This document shows, piece by piece, positions 53,451-62,982 of a stretch of DNA of 64,000 nucleotides. This DNA is from Escherichia coli (lineage in GTDB: Bacteria; Pseudomonadota; Gammaproteobacteria; Enterobacterales; Enterobacteriaceae). How positions within the stretch are numbered: the first letter of the stretch is position 1; each line of letters begins with the position of its first letter. A model generated the notes under the pieces. The model was not told the origin of the DNA, did not search any database, and saw only the letters and a program-made list of their open reading frames with translations. Made by a program: the position numbers and the translations under genes. Location of the stretch: the NCBI RefSeq assembly GCF_048403405.1, contig NZ_CP183129.1; one strand, given 5' to 3'.

Positions 53451-53582
53451 CATATCTCCCTTATCTGGACCGATGGCCCACGATAATTTAGCAGAATGTT
53501 AACAAACTAAAATACACAAAACTACCAGAACCCCGTGGCAACCGGTGCCTGATGTTGACCGTCGGAACAGTCAACATCGCGA

Positions 53583-54848
53583 TTACGGTTTGAAGTCCAA
53601 TGGCGCGTTTTTGAACACTTCATATACTGCCTGGCTTGGTGGTTTCGGGATCTTCGCAAGTTTAGCTGCTGCCAACGCAGCCTGACAAAGTGCGGGATCG
53701 CCACCTTCAGGTTTGATATCCAGTAACATACCATCGGGTGCCAGTTTTATGCGCAGCGTACAGGTTTTGCCTGCATAGGACGATGCGTCATAGAACTTAC
53801 TTTCGATAGCAGATTTAATCTGCCCGGCATAGTTATTGATATCGGCCCCTGATGCGCCATTGTTTTTAGTATTACCACTCCCGGCTGGCGAAGCATTGTT
53901 CCCTTTCGCCCCTCCCCCCGTTTTCGGTGCATTCTTACCAGAGCTTAGCTCACCGAAAATATCATCTGCCTCTGCGGCAGCTTTTGCTGCAGCGGCTTTT
54001 TCAGCTGCTGCTTTTGCAGCTGCCGCTTTTTTGTCTGCGGCGGCTTTTTCTGCCGCTGCTTTCTTATCAGCTGCTGCCTTTTCAGCAGCCGCTTTTTCTG
54101 CTGCTTTTTTGTCGGCTGCAGCTTTCTCTGCTGCCGCTTTCTTATCAGCTGCAGCCTTTTCAGCAGCCGCTTTCTTCTCAGCTTCTGCTTTGGCTTTTTC
54201 AGCAGCTTCAGTTGCCGCTTTCTTTCTTGCTTCAGCTGCAGCTGCTTCTGCCGCTTCCGCTTTCTTCTTCAGTGCCGCCGCGGCTGCCTCGACTTTTTTC
54301 TGCGCTTCGGCTGCGGCTTTGGCGGCTTCTGCTTCTGCTTTTTTCTTCGCGTCTGCAGCCGCTTTCTTCGCAGCTTCTTCCGCAGCTTTAGCATCCGCTT
54401 CGGCCTTCGCTTTAGCATCTGCCGCCGCTTTCGCTGCCGCTTCTTCCGCTTGCTTCTGCTTTAACTCGGCCTGTTTTGCGGCTTCTTCAGCCTGCTTTTT
54501 CTGTTCCTGAGCAGCTAACCGCTCTTTCTCAAGTTGCTTCAGGCGTTCCTGTTCAGCCGCTTGTTTCTCACGCAGTTCTTCAGCAGCCTGCTGTTCCTTC
54601 ATCTTGCGCTGCTCATCAGAACGCTTCGCGCTTGATTCCTGGCTTTGCATGCGTTTGTACTGCTCAACTACCGCACCTGAATCAACCATGACAGCGTCGA
54701 TGGATGAACCACCGCCGCCTCCGGCTGAAGCTTCTATATTCTCATCGAACGAACTCCAGATCAGCGCCGCAAATAAGATGACATGCAGCACTGCTGAAAT
54801 AATTATCGCCCGCTTGAGCTTGTCGTTTTGTTCGGTTGCCTTTGACAC
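53583..54848 (-). CDS. tolA: Tol-Pal system protein TolA
   Basis: 421 aa; N-terminal TM anchor, long Ala/Lys/Glu-rich repetitive helical domain II, C-terminal domain III. Confidence 0.95.
   Translation of the reverse strand: MSKATEQNDKLKRAIIISAVLHVILFAALIWSSFDENIEASAGGGGGSSIDAVMVDSGAVVEQYKRMQSQESSAKRSDEQRKMKEQQAAEELREKQAAEQERLKQLEKERLAAQEQKKQAEEAAKQAELKQKQAEEAAAKAAADAKAKAEADAKAAEEAAKKAAADAKKKAEAEAAKAAAEAQKKVEAAAAALKKKAEAAEAAAAEARKKAATEAAEKAKAEAEKKAAAEKAAADKKAAAEKAAADKKAAEKAAAEKAAADKKAAAEKAAADKKAAAAKAAAEKAAAAKAAAEADDIFGELSSGKNAPKTGGGAKGNNASPAGSGNTKNNGASGADINNYAGQIKSAIESKFYDASSYAGKTCTLRIKLAPDGMLLDIKPEGGDPALCQAALAAAKLAKIPKPPSQAVYEVFKNAPLDFKP
54055..54173 (-). repeat. Imperfect tandem DNA repeats (about 78-bp period) encoding the TolA Ala/Lys-rich domain
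   Basis: Near-identical copies of GCTTTCTTATCAGCTGC.GCCTTTTCAGCAGCCGCTTT at 54055-54094 and 54131-54173. Confidence 0.7.
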
Positions 54849-54912
54849 TCTCGGTTTCCAAAAACTGTTCGCCTGTTACCCGCTCTCTTTCAAGCAAGGG
54901 AAACGCAGATGT

Positions 54913-55341
54913 TTAGATAGGCTGCGTCATTAAACCAACCGATTTCACACCCGCACTATGTAACAAGTTCAGTGCTTTAATTATTTCATCGTAAGGCACA
55001 TCTTTTGCGCCACCGATCAGAAAGACCGTTTTCGGGTTGGCCTTGAAACGGCTGGACACTTCCGCCACCACCTGCTCTGGTGGCAAACGCTCCAGGCGAT
55101 CTTTCTCAACCACCACGGTGTACTGACCAATACCAGACACTTCAACAATCACTGGCGGATTATCGTTACTGCTAACCGCCTGTGATTCAGTAGCGTCTGG
55201 CAGATCGACCTCCACGCTCTGGGTGATGATGGGCGCTGTCGCCATAAAGATCAGCAACAGCACCAGCAGTACGTCCAGCAACGGTACAATGTTGATTTCG
55301 GACTTGAGATCGCGACGACCTCGTCCACGCGCTCTGGCCAT
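54913..55341 (-). CDS. tolR: Tol-Pal system protein TolR
   Basis: 142-aa ORF. Confidence 0.95.
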   Translation of the reverse strand: MARARGRGRRDLKSEINIVPLLDVLLVLLLIFMATAPIITQSVEVDLPDATESQAVSSNDNPPVIVEVSGIGQYTVVVEKDRLERLPPEQVVAEVSSRFKANPKTVFLIGGAKDVPYDEIIKALNLLHSAGVKSVGLMTQPI

Positions 55342-55344
55342 GGC

Positions 55345-56438
<1,094 letters not shown>

Positions 56439-56587
56439 TTTACATCCCGGTAATGCAACAAAAGTTAGAGCTTTTAAACGCTGCTACTATACGCGCGCGA
56501 TTGAGGTTTGGGAATGAGGGCAAGTTAAGGGAGCGTAAAAATTTATGGGCCTGGAGCGGCCCATAATTTTTTAAAGAGAATTCTGAT

Positions 56588-56881
56588 TTAAAAGAAGAAG
56601 AAAATCAGCCCGACAATGAGAACAATATCAGCAAGCAATGGGCAAAAAATCCCTTGCCAAAGAACCGTCTGCGGACGAAAGCCCACGCCGTGAATCACAC
56701 CAGCACAGACGGCCCACATCAGCAATAAACCATGCCAGATTTCCAGTTCACTGGTCTTCGCGGCGAAACGTGATGGGTCCCAAAACATACATCCGGCTAA
56801 CAGAAGCGCCATCACGAAGGAAAGCGCCCGCAGGGGGCGCTTGTCCATTACCGCATACAAGGTTGCGATAATCTTACTCAT
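56588..56881 (-). CDS. ybgE: Small inner membrane protein YbgE (cyd operon)
   Basis: 97-aa hydrophobic ORF downstream of cydX. Confidence 0.88.
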   Translation of the reverse strand: MSKIIATLYAVMDKRPLRALSFVMALLLAGCMFWDPSRFAAKTSELEIWHGLLLMWAVCAGVIHGVGFRPQTVLWQGIFCPLLADIVLIVGLIFFFF

Positions 56882-56994
56882 CAGATGTCTTCTTGACCGG
56901 CTTTGCCTGATTCGACGTGCTCAAGCGCCAGCGCGGTGATTACCCCAAACGAACAGGCAAGAAGCGTTCCCAGAATCCATGCGAAATACCACAT
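56881..56994 (-). CDS. cydX: Cytochrome bd-I accessory small subunit CydX (37 aa); below ORF-track cutoff
   Basis: Reverse translation gives MWYFAWILGTLLACSFGVITALALEHVESGKAGQEDI*. Confidence 0.85.
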   Translation of the reverse strand: MWYFAWILGTLLACSFGVITALALEHVESGKAGQEDI

Positions 56995-57008
56995 TTTTAG
57001 CTCCTTAC

Positions 57009-58148
57009 TTAGTACAGAGAGTGGGTGTTACGTTCAATATCTTCTTTGGTGATACGACCGAACATTTTCCAGTAACACCAGGCGGTGTAGAGCAGAATGA
57101 TCGGTACCAGAACCACCGCAACCCAGGTCATGACGTTAAGCGTCAGCTGGCTGGAAGTTGCATCCCACATTGTCAGACTTGCGTTCATCATGGTGCTGGA
57201 CGGCATCACAAACGGGAACATTGCGATACCGGCTGTCAGGATGATGCAGGCCAGCGTCAGGGAGGAGAACACAAACGCCCACGCGGCTTTATCCATACGT
57301 GCAGTCAGGATGGTCAGCAGCGGCAGAACCACACCCAGTGCCGGAATAGCCCACAGAATTGGCGTGTTGTTGAAGTTAACCAGCCATGCGCCAGCTTCAC
57401 GAACCACTTCTTTATTCAGTGGGTTAGAGGCTGCGTAATGGTCCATTGTCGATTTCACGACATAACCATCGATACCGTACATCACCCATACGCCAGCCAG
57501 TGCGAAACAGACCAGTGTCACCAGTGCCGCCACCTGAGCCGTTGCACGGGTACGCAGGTGCAGTTCGCCCACGGTACGCATTTGCAGATAGGTTGCGCCC
57601 TGAGTAATGATCATCCCTACGCTCACCACGCCTGCCAGCAGGCCGAACGGGTTAAGCAGCTGGAAGAAGTTACCGGTGTAGTACAGACGCAGATATTCAT
57701 CAACGTTGAACGGTACGCCCTGCAACAGGTTACCGAACGCTACACCAATCACCAGCGGCGGAACGAAGCTACCAATGAAGATGCCCCAGTCCCACATGTT
57801 ACGCCAGCGGGTTTCTTCAATCTTGGAGCGGTAGTCAAAACCGACCGGACGGAAGAACAAAGACGCCAGCACGAGGATCATCGCCACATAGAATCCGGAG
57901 AACGCAGCGGCATAGACCATCGGCCAGGCAGCAAACAGAGCGCCGCCCGCGGTGATAAGCCAAACCTGGTTACCGTCCCAGTGTGGTGCGATGGAGTTAA
58001 TCATAATTCGACGCTCGGTGTCGTTACGACCGAGGAAACGGGTGAGCATGCCCACCCCCATGTCGAAACCGTCAGTGACTGCAAAACCAATCAGCAGAAC
58101 GCCAACCAGCAGCCACCAGATAAAACGCAATACTTCATAATCGATCAT
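57009..58148 (-). CDS. cydB: Cytochrome bd-I ubiquinol oxidase subunit II
   Basis: 379-aa polytopic ORF. Confidence 0.96.
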   Translation of the reverse strand: MIDYEVLRFIWWLLVGVLLIGFAVTDGFDMGVGMLTRFLGRNDTERRIMINSIAPHWDGNQVWLITAGGALFAAWPMVYAAAFSGFYVAMILVLASLFFRPVGFDYRSKIEETRWRNMWDWGIFIGSFVPPLVIGVAFGNLLQGVPFNVDEYLRLYYTGNFFQLLNPFGLLAGVVSVGMIITQGATYLQMRTVGELHLRTRATAQVAALVTLVCFALAGVWVMYGIDGYVVKSTMDHYAASNPLNKEVVREAGAWLVNFNNTPILWAIPALGVVLPLLTILTARMDKAAWAFVFSSLTLACIILTAGIAMFPFVMPSSTMMNASLTMWDATSSQLTLNVMTWVAVVLVPIILLYTAWCYWKMFGRITKEDIERNTHSLY

Positions 58149-58163
58149 TTGACGACTCCTGTC

Positions 58164-59732
58164 TTAGCGTGCCGGCTGAGTAGTCGTGGAAGACTGCTCA
58201 AAGTGATAGCGACCGGTTTTCAGGCTGCTTGGGCCGAGGCGTGCAAACTTGAACATTAAGAACAATTCTGCCACCAGGAACAGGGTATACAGGCCGCAAA
58301 TCAGCACCATTGAGAAGATGAGATCGCCTGCGGTCAGTGACGAGTTCGCCACAGCTGTCGGCAGCACTTCACCGATAGCCCACGGTTGGCGGCCATATTC
58401 AGCCACGAACCAGCCCGCTTCTACAGCAATCCACGGCAGCGGAATACCATACAGCGCGGCGCGCAGCAGCCATTTTTTCTCGCCAATGCGGTTGCGGATG
58501 ACACTCCAGAAAGAGAGCGCGATGATTGCCAGCAGCAGGAAGCCACACGCCACCATGATACGGAACGCGAAGTACAGCGGCGCTACACGCGGAATGGAGT
58601 CTTTGGTTGCCTGTTGAATCTGCGCTTCAGTCGCATCAGCCACGTTTGGCGTATAGCGTTTCAGCAGCAGACCGTAACCGAGGTCTTTCTTCATGCTATT
58701 GAACTGGTCACGAACCGCCTGGTCGGTAGAACCAGAACGCAGTTGTTCGAGCAGAGAGTACGCCTTCATCCCGTTACGAATGCGTTCTTCATGCTGCACC
58801 ATCAGTTCTTTCAGGCCGATAACTGGAGTATCCACGGAACGCGTTGCAATGATGCCCAGCGCGTAAGGGATCTGGATCGCAAATTTGTTCGTCTCCTCTT
58901 CCTGATCAGGAATGCCGAACAGAGTAAAGGCAGCAGGCGCAGGTTGCGTTTCCCACTCGGCTTCAATAGCAGCCAGTTTGGTTTTCTGCACGTCGCCCAT
59001 TTCGTAACCAGATTCATCACCCAGAACAATAACAGACAGAACGGCAGCCATACCGAAGCTGGCAGCGATAGCAAAGGAGCGTTTAGCGAAGGCGAAGTCA
59101 CGACCTTTCAGCATATACCATGCGCTGATACCGAGGATGAACATCGCGCCAGTCACATAACCAGACGCTACAGTGTGAACGAATTTCACCTGAGCAACCG
59201 GGTTAAGCACCAGCTCGGAGAAGCTCACCATCTCCATACGCATAGTTTCAAAGTTGAAATCGGACGCGATTGGGTTTTGCATCCAGCCGTTCGCAACCAG
59301 AATCCACAGTGCGGACAGGTTTGAACCGAGCGCCACCAGCCAGGTGACACACATATGCTGAACTTTACCCAGACGATCCCAACCGAAGAAGAACAGACCT
59401 ACAAAGGTGGATTCGAGGAAGAAGGCCATCAGACCTTCGATTGCCAGCGGCGCACCGAAGATATCCCCTACATAGTGGGAATAGTAAGACCAGTTAGTCC
59501 CGAACTGGAACTCCATAGTCAGACCGGTAGCCACACCCAGAGCGAAGTTGATACCAAACAACTTGCCCCAGAACTTGGTCATATCTTTATAAATCTGTTT
59601 GCCGGAAAGGACGTAGACCGTTTCCATAATGGCCAGCAGGAACGCCATACCGAGCGTCAGTGGCACAAAAAGGAAGTGGTACATCGCGGTCAAGGCAAAC
59701 TGTAAGCGCGACAGTTCGACTATATCTAACAT
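58164..59732 (-). CDS. cydA: Cytochrome bd-I ubiquinol oxidase subunit I
   Basis: ORF 58164-59735; start at [12 protein letters not shown] (59732), 522 aa. Confidence 0.96.
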
Positions 59733-60017
59733 CATGACTCCTTGCTCATCGCATGAAGACTCCGAGAGTGAACCCCGTTAGAAAGGGTCACACGCATGCC
59801 CCAATACAAAATTATTTGCTCGCCTCTATCGTTGCCATTTCATCAAAAGAGGAAAAGACAATGATAAAAAAGTTACAAATATGTTAATGAATAAACCAAA
59901 TTGATCCCGTAATTATATTACGCCGCAAAATCCTTACAATAAACAGGTTTTTATTGAGCAAATTTGCATTTTTCGACAGTGATCAATTTATAGCGAAATT
60001 GTCACGATCTCACCAAT

Positions 60018-60031
60018 TTGATCTACGACAA
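60018..60031 (-). promoter_or_regulatory. FNR/CRP-family half-consensus box (TTGATCTACGACAA) in the cydAB control region
   Basis: Matches the TTGAT half of TTGAT-N4-ATCAA; about 285 bp upstream of cydA. Confidence 0.4.
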
Positions 60032-60069
60032 TTTATCGTGTTTTGCAGATTTTTTTCAAGAATTAAAAA

Positions 60070-60083
60070 TTGATTTATATCAA
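60070..60083 (-). promoter_or_regulatory. Perfect FNR consensus box TTGATTTATATCAA in the cydAB control region
   Basis: Exact TTGAT-N4-ATCAA; cydAB is known to be FNR/ArcA controlled with a long leader. Confidence 0.6.
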
Positions 60084-60537
60084 AACCAACCAAATATGTT
60101 AATTATGTATAAACCATAGATCATTGGTGATTTTATTGTTAATTTATTGTGAAATATTTATGCAACACAATTATTACAATGAAAAGGTATAGATAAAAAA
60201 CCAGTGTTTTATTTAACAGAACCGCCTTATCCACTTTTTATAATACCAATTGATTAGATTAGCCAATTTGTTGCTATTTTACATAACATATTTTTATCAA
60301 AGTTAATTGATTGTTGCGTTTATGAGCACCGGCCGTAAGCCCGTTATGTTATTGTTTCATTAGTAATAATCACTTAAATGTATCGATGAAACAGGTATGA
60401 CTTAGCGGGAGTGATTGTTTCTGAGTGAACAGAGACCACTTTCGCCTGATAAATGAAAAATGAGCGATTTTTGCAAGTTAGTTTTTCTATAGCCGAGTAC
60501 GCTCAGCGCCTCGCTTGATTACAATGAGGTTGCTGCT

Positions 60538-61482
60538 ATGAGTCCTGATAATATCAGTTCTGCTGTCAATCGCTTCTCAGGTTGGCCATCTAATGATCCT
60601 CTAAAAACAGATAAAGAATCAATGACATCACCCATGACTGTGCAGGTAATAAAGATGATTGCCGCCATCCTTGACCCACATCGGATAGTCGTTGGAATCG
60701 ATACACTTTATACAACGCAGCGCGAAACATTTACCTCAGAGAGTCAACAGCTCATTGAATCAGCATTGCAAACACTTCATGTGATGAATTTAAATAACCT
60801 GGAAACAAATCTCGATGAGGAAGGTCACTATCTGGCTTTTGGATATAACGTTGACACTCCTGACAGAATAACCGTTTCTGCTTATAATGAAAAAAAGCCT
60901 GGCTGCTATGGCCAATGTCTTTTAATACAGGATGACGAAACAGACTTATTTAACCTGATAAAAGTTAAAATTTTTGAAGCCAGGCATAATTATGTCGCTC
61001 AATTGATGAGCGATCCGGAATTTATGTTCAAATTTAGTTATAGCGCTCAACAAAATAGATTAGAACCTCATCTTCTGGTTCCCACTTATTTCCCTCTAAA
61101 AACAAACGAACCGGTTACGCAAGAGGATGTACTGTTACTTTATCGTTTCTTTAAAATGGATGGTGATTTTAATATATTAACATCAGATGAATACATGAGT
61201 ATCATGACACCTCTGATGAAGTGTGAGCGCAGCATCCACGACCACAACAGGTATGTGACGGGCAAAGATACCCTTCTTCTGGACTATCCTCCTTCTGGTA
61301 ACCAGATATATTTCCATATTTTTCCTGACGAATCAGCAACACTAGTCCTTTATTTTTCAAACAATGACATTGAATGTTTCGTCTTTGAAAGAGATATTCC
61401 GAGCCAGTATCGCTTTTTCAAAATGTTTACCAATCTGGCACTGGTTATTGATCAGTTAACCGATGCCAATCAAATACTTTAA
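60538..61482 (+). CDS. Hypothetical protein, 314 aa, no family recognised (AT-rich islet ORF-A)
   Basis: Intact ORF with GAGG 8 nt upstream of ATG; Ser/Thr/Pro-rich N-terminus without signal peptide; codon usage AT-skewed. Confidence 0.6.
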   Translation: MSPDNISSAVNRFSGWPSNDPLKTDKESMTSPMTVQVIKMIAAILDPHRIVVGIDTLYTTQRETFTSESQQLIESALQTLHVMNLNNLETNLDEEGHYLAFGYNVDTPDRITVSAYNEKKPGCYGQCLLIQDDETDLFNLIKVKIFEARHNYVAQLMSDPEFMFKFSYSAQQNRLEPHLLVPTYFPLKTNEPVTQEDVLLLYRFFKMDGDFNILTSDEYMSIMTPLMKCERSIHDHNRYVTGKDTLLLDYPPSGNQIYFHIFPDESATLVLYFSNNDIECFVFERDIPSQYRFFKMFTNLALVIDQLTDANQIL

Positions 61483-61562
61483 TTTTTATATATTCCCTGT
61501 GGCAAATATTGCTAAACAATGCCCGGGGATTAATTTTTATTACTCACGGAAAGATTTAAATA

Positions 61563-61985
61563 ATGATCCCATCTCAAATCTCTTTCAACACCCTTCCTGT
61601 CAATGCAACATACGCTTCAGAGACAACAGTTGACACACAAAAATTCTCTGACATCCTCTACTCAGCGGGGTGTTCCCTAAAGGATCTGGCTTATTTGAGC
61701 AGATGTCTGGCATCAATACATCCGACTATCGCCAAAAACATTTATGAAACAGAAAATCTCAGCGATCAAAAATTACTACATATTGATTGCCGTAGTACAA
61801 ATGAAATCAAGATAAATATCTTTTTTGGTCAACAACGAGAAGGATTAATTGAAATTAGTTCTGACACAGTCATTTTTTCGATACTGTCTTCATTGATTGA
61901 CTCCACCATTTCTAAATTTCAACACCAAAACCCCGTTAACGGTTCTGTAAATCCTGACCTATTGTATGAGGATTATACTGATTAA
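61563..61985 (+). CDS. Hypothetical small acidic protein, 140 aa, no family recognised (AT-rich islet ORF-B)
   Basis: Intact ORF 80 bp downstream of ORF-A, same strand; about 17 acidic versus 9 basic residues; Ser/Thr-rich N-terminus. Confidence 0.55.
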   Translation: MIPSQISFNTLPVNATYASETTVDTQKFSDILYSAGCSLKDLAYLSRCLASIHPTIAKNIYETENLSDQKLLHIDCRSTNEIKINIFFGQQREGLIEISSDTVIFSILSSLIDSTISKFQHQNPVNGSVNPDLLYEDYTD

Positions 61986-62532
61986 ATCCCTCCTGTCGCG
62001 AAAAATGGCCTGCGTTATTGCCAGACGTAATAAAACTTTTGATTAACGTTTCTCGTACTGGTAGCACCTTCATGTACTTTTCTTTTTTACGAAAAATCAA
62101 AAGAGCTAACAAAGGTCATAATTCGCATGAATCATTAATTATTTGTTATTTTCAACATTATTTTTACATTAAGCAGAGATGAATTGCAGTGAAATTCGAC
62201 TTAACTTTTATGAAATGCATTTACTCATGGCTAAAGCCACGTCACAAAAATGCAAATTAGAAGTAGATCACAAATATCTCAATACATCAAATCAAGTTAA
62301 TTTTAAAAATTTAATATTCATGACATTAGTTGACATAACACACTGAATTATAATGAGAATTTGAAAACACACTTTAAACAATCATTTCCCGAAAGACATT
62401 TTGAAAATAGATCAATTGCAACATTACGGTCAGATAAAGACACTCCTGTGATATTAAACCTGTGCCGTTATGAACGGCCATAAATACGACGTGTGTAACT
62501 TATTTTACTCTCTGTCTTACAAAGGATTACCC

Positions 62533-62982
62533 ATGAAGAAAGCAACACTTGTGATTGGCGTTATTGGCGCGGACTGCCATGCAGTAGGCAATAAAGTTCT
62601 GGACCGCGTTTTTAGCAACCATGGCTTCAGAGTCATTAATCTGGGCGTAATGGTCAGCCAGGACGAATATATTGATGCTGCCATTGAAACTGGTGCTGAC
62701 GCGATTGTCGTCTCCTCTATCTATGGGCATGGCGATATCGATTGTCTGGGCATGCGCGAACGCTGCATTGAGCGTGGGCTGGGTAACATCCTGCTCTATG
62801 TGGGCGGTAACCTGGTGGTCGGAAAACATGACTTCGCTGACGTGGAAACCAAGTTCAAAGAGATGGGATTTGATCGCGTCTTTGCCCCAAGTCATGACTT
62901 AGAAGATGTTTGTCAGCTGATGGCCCACGATATCAACCAACGTCATGACGTTGATACTCGCATTCTTGAAGAGGCAATCTGA
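62533..62982 (+). CDS. glmS: Glutamate mutase sigma (S) subunit / methylaspartate mutase S chain, B12-binding
   Basis: ORF 62470-62982; start at [21 protein letters not shown] (62533) with AAGGA upstream; DxHxxG cobalamin-binding motif (DCHAVG); strongly resembles clostridial MutS/GlmS. Symbol refers to glutamate mutase, not glucosamine-6-phosphate synthase. Confidence 0.85.
   Translation: MKKATLVIGVIGADCHAVGNKVLDRVFSNHGFRVINLGVMVSQDEYIDAAIETGADAIVVSSIYGHGDIDCLGMRERCIERGLGNILLYVGGNLVVGKHDFADVETKFKEMGFDRVFAPSHDLEDVCQLMAHDINQRHDVDTRILEEAI

Noticed and set aside
53836-54510. 224-aa and 154-aa plus-strand ORFs rich in Ala/Ser/Leu/Pro
   Set aside because: Antisense and off-frame readings of the repetitive Ala/Lys-coding DNA of tolA domain II.
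56979-58259. 426-aa ORF on the plus strand
   Set aside because: Lies entirely antisense to conserved cydB/cydA coding sequence; His/Cys/Gln/Arg-rich low-complexity translation typical of an antisense artefact; no RBS context.
58386-59324. 312-aa plus-strand ORF
   Set aside because: Antisense to cydA; composition artefact.
62330-62354. TTGACA / TATAAT hexamer pair as the glutamate mutase promoter
   Set aside because: Not called as a feature because the spacer is only 13 bp; kept only as a finding to be tested.
62470-62532. N-terminal extension of the glmS-like ORF ([21 protein letters not shown])
   Set aside because: No RBS at 62470; the internal ATG at 62533 has an AAGGA Shine-Dalgarno and matches the N-terminus of clostridial glutamate mutase S.
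62527-62895. 122-aa minus-strand ORF
   Set aside because: Antisense to the glutamate mutase S-subunit gene, which has a clear B12-binding motif on the plus strand.
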